NCBI GenBank assembly: GCA_905178155.1
Contig: CAJINV010000004.1
Coordinates: 11,081,655-11,145,654, forward strand
Source: Amoebophrya sp. A120
Taxonomy: Eukaryota > Protista > Dinoflagellata
Reading direction: 5' to 3'
Length of the DNA stretch: 64,000 bases
In this document: in pieces, positions 62,020-64,000 of the stretch
Numbering within the stretch: position 1 is the stretch's first letter
How the letters are laid out: each line of letters starts with the position of its first letter
Translations under genes and position numbers: made by a program
Notes under the pieces: generated by a model
Databases searched by the model: none
Told to the model about the DNA's origin: nothing
What the model saw: the letters and a program-made list of their open reading frames with translations, nothing else

Positions 62020-63606
62020 TCATCCAACCTGCATAGGCTGCGGCCCGCCCGGTCCTCTTCCAGTTCCGCCTGTTGTGGTCTCCCTTCTGGGCGCGGAAAT
62101 TTCTCCTCCTGGTTGTTGATCGTCCCTGAGCCCGATCCTCCACTCCTCCACGGGAAACAAACGTTTCAAGATTTTCCGCAAGTTATCCCCCTCTTCCGCC
62201 GCAAAGTTCTGCACGCTCTGCTGCTGAAACCCCGTGCTCAGGGCGTGGCACAGTAGGGGCCGCCCCTTCGGCTTAAACTGTTGCAAATTCTCCTCGCAGG
62301 GCGTCAAATAGATCCGCAACGCGGTGTGTATCGCGGGTTGCTGCTCCATGTCAATATCTGGGAACAAATGTTGCAGTTGTTCAAACGCGCCCGGCTCGTC
62401 GAGTTTGCGTCTCTTACTGTTGGGAAAAATGCCTCCAGTACTGTCCTGCTGATAAAGAAGATGTTGAGCAGCAGACGAAGAAACGGCTCCTGATGTTTTC
62501 GTTTTCAATTGCACCACCCTCGCTAACACCGCGACCAGGAATACGCTCGCCGCACAGCCGGCAGCATCGTTCTGGGCGACTGCGGCTAAAGCGGGGACGG
62601 AGAAGCGGTACTGGTGTAAGTGGTCAGTGACTGTTTGCTTCCCGTGGCTCCGTTGCTTTTGATTCTGCAAAAAGCTTTGCAGCGCCCGAAAAGCCAACTC
62701 CGCCTCGTCCTGCAGGGACGTACTGCTCGCTCCGCCAGTGGTTGCGCGGACATATTTGGCAATCAACTCCCGCGGGTCTTCGTTGGTTTTCATATTTCCG
62801 ATCAGAAGTTGACTTCCAGCTGCACTTGTTCCCGCCGCGATTTCCCGTAGCAACTCCGGCGCCGCCTTCTCGAACTTCTTGTGCGCGGCCTCAATGTCCT
62901 TCTGCTCGACACCGAAGGTCAAATTTCGCTCGTGCAGAAAATTGACGATCTGCTTGATTCCCACCGGCTCCTGCAACCGCGCTTGTGCGGCACACAGGAT
63001 GAAAATCAGATCCGCATCCGTGAAGCCTCGCGTGCGGAAAATCGTTTTTGGCGGCTGGTTTCCTGGCTGATTCAAGAACATCGACGTGCTGGAGCTCGAG
63101 CCTCCACCCGCTCCAGAAGTAGTACTGATCCCGACCCCTGCACCCAAGTTGTTGCCGCTCACGCCCTCCTCGGCCCCGGTGTAGAGACTGTGGACAATGC
63201 GCATGCACTCGTCCAGGCTCCTTTCGTCCCGTTTCAGCGTGTTCACGAGGAACTTCCGCAAGTGCTTAAAAATCTTGCCGAGCGCCTGGTCCTGCTGGTC
63301 CATCAGGGTGGACGCGTTTTGGCTCGCGGCGTACAGTGCCTTGCCCACGGCGGACCCCATGCTACCCATCATCTGCGTCTGGATCTGGGACCCGTGCGAC
63401 AGGTAGGGATTCATTTTCACCTTGGCCGCGCGCTGGTTCTTTTCCGGCTCGTCCTTGAACGACCGCCACTCCGCTGCGTCGGTGACGATCTTGTTCTGAA
63501 GAACGAGACCGCAGGACCGGCAGACCACCAGCCCCTCGGTGTAGTCGACGCGGATGTTGTCGGACCCGCAATACAGGCAGGAGGAAAACCCCACGCCCTC
63601 GGACAT
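62020..63606 (-). CDS. Transcription initiation factor IIB-like protein
   Basis: Zinc ribbon CLYCGSDN..DYTEGLVVCRSCGLVL followed by the B-reader EWRSF. Divergent cyclin-fold region. Single ORF. Confidence 0.8.
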   Translation of the reverse strand: MSEGVGFSSCLYCGSDNIRVDYTEGLVVCRSCGLVLQNKIVTDAAEWRSFKDEPEKNQRAAKVKMNPYLSHGSQIQTQMMGSMGSAVGKALYAASQNASTLMDQQDQALGKIFKHLRKFLVNTLKRDERSLDECMRIVHSLYTGAEEGVSGNNLGAGVGISTTSGAGGGSSSSTSMFLNQPGNQPPKTIFRTRGFTDADLIFILCAAQARLQEPVGIKQIVNFLHERNLTFGVEQKDIEAAHKKFEKAAPELLREIAAGTSAAGSQLLIGNMKTNEDPRELIAKYVRATTGGASSTSLQDEAELAFRALQSFLQNQKQRSHGKQTVTDHLHQYRFSVPALAAVAQNDAAGCAASVFLVAVLARVVQLKTKTSGAVSSSAAQHLLYQQDSTGGIFPNSKRRKLDEPGAFEQLQHLFPDIDMEQQPAIHTALRIYLTPCEENLQQFKPKGRPLLCHALSTGFQQQSVQNFAAEEGDNLRKILKRLFPVEEWRIGLRDDQQPGGEISAPRRETTTGGTGRGPGGPQPMQVG

Positions 63607-64000
63607 AGTTTCTGTGCTAGGGTTTGCAGCTTACGCTTAAGTGCAATGTGTCATTGAAGTACTGGGCGCCGAAGTGCTGCTCGGTGTCGATCGCAACCAC
63701 CAGCGGAACAGCTACCACTTCTCAATGAATCGGTTTACTCAAAATAAAACTTTATTTCGTAAATCCAAACTATGAAAACCGAATCGCAACACAGAGATTC
63801 ACGACATCAAGATCAATGGAATAAAAATATTCAAACAAATACTTACGGCGTCGCTGTGGATGAAGTGGCTGTGAGTTGGGAAACGTAAATCGAATTACGA
63901 CACCACAAATAGCACTAGAGCAGCACGTCGCAAAAGCAACGAGCGCAGGACAAGAACTAACGGATCCATCTTCGTGGTCAAGTTGACGCTCACCTTCATC

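Overview
Gene-dense eukaryotic genomic DNA. All ~14 recognisable protein-coding genes lie on the minus strand: DTW-domain protein, ArfGAP, TRM7/FTSJ1, PP1, an SLBP-like protein, RAE1, UTP15, PLAA/DOA1, a TFIIB-like factor and several low-complexity hypotheticals. The co-oriented genes, long low-complexity insertions and intron types suggest (inference) a syndinean dinoflagellate such as Amoebophrya. The main signal is 21 non-autonomous TIR elements (149-812 bp, several unrelated families) inserted inside coding exons. All have TAY...RTA termini (one variant) and 5-bp target-site duplications (TSDs). Removing each element plus one TSD copy restores the reading frame, including conserved motifs (PP1 GDIHG, DTW DATW, WD40 repeats). 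None can be given GT-AG borders at that junction. They look like transposon-derived non-canonical introns that coexist with ordinary GT-AG introns, and most families share a repeated GCAT(G/T/C)ACAA motif. All gene models and coordinates were derived by hand and need cDNA confirmation.
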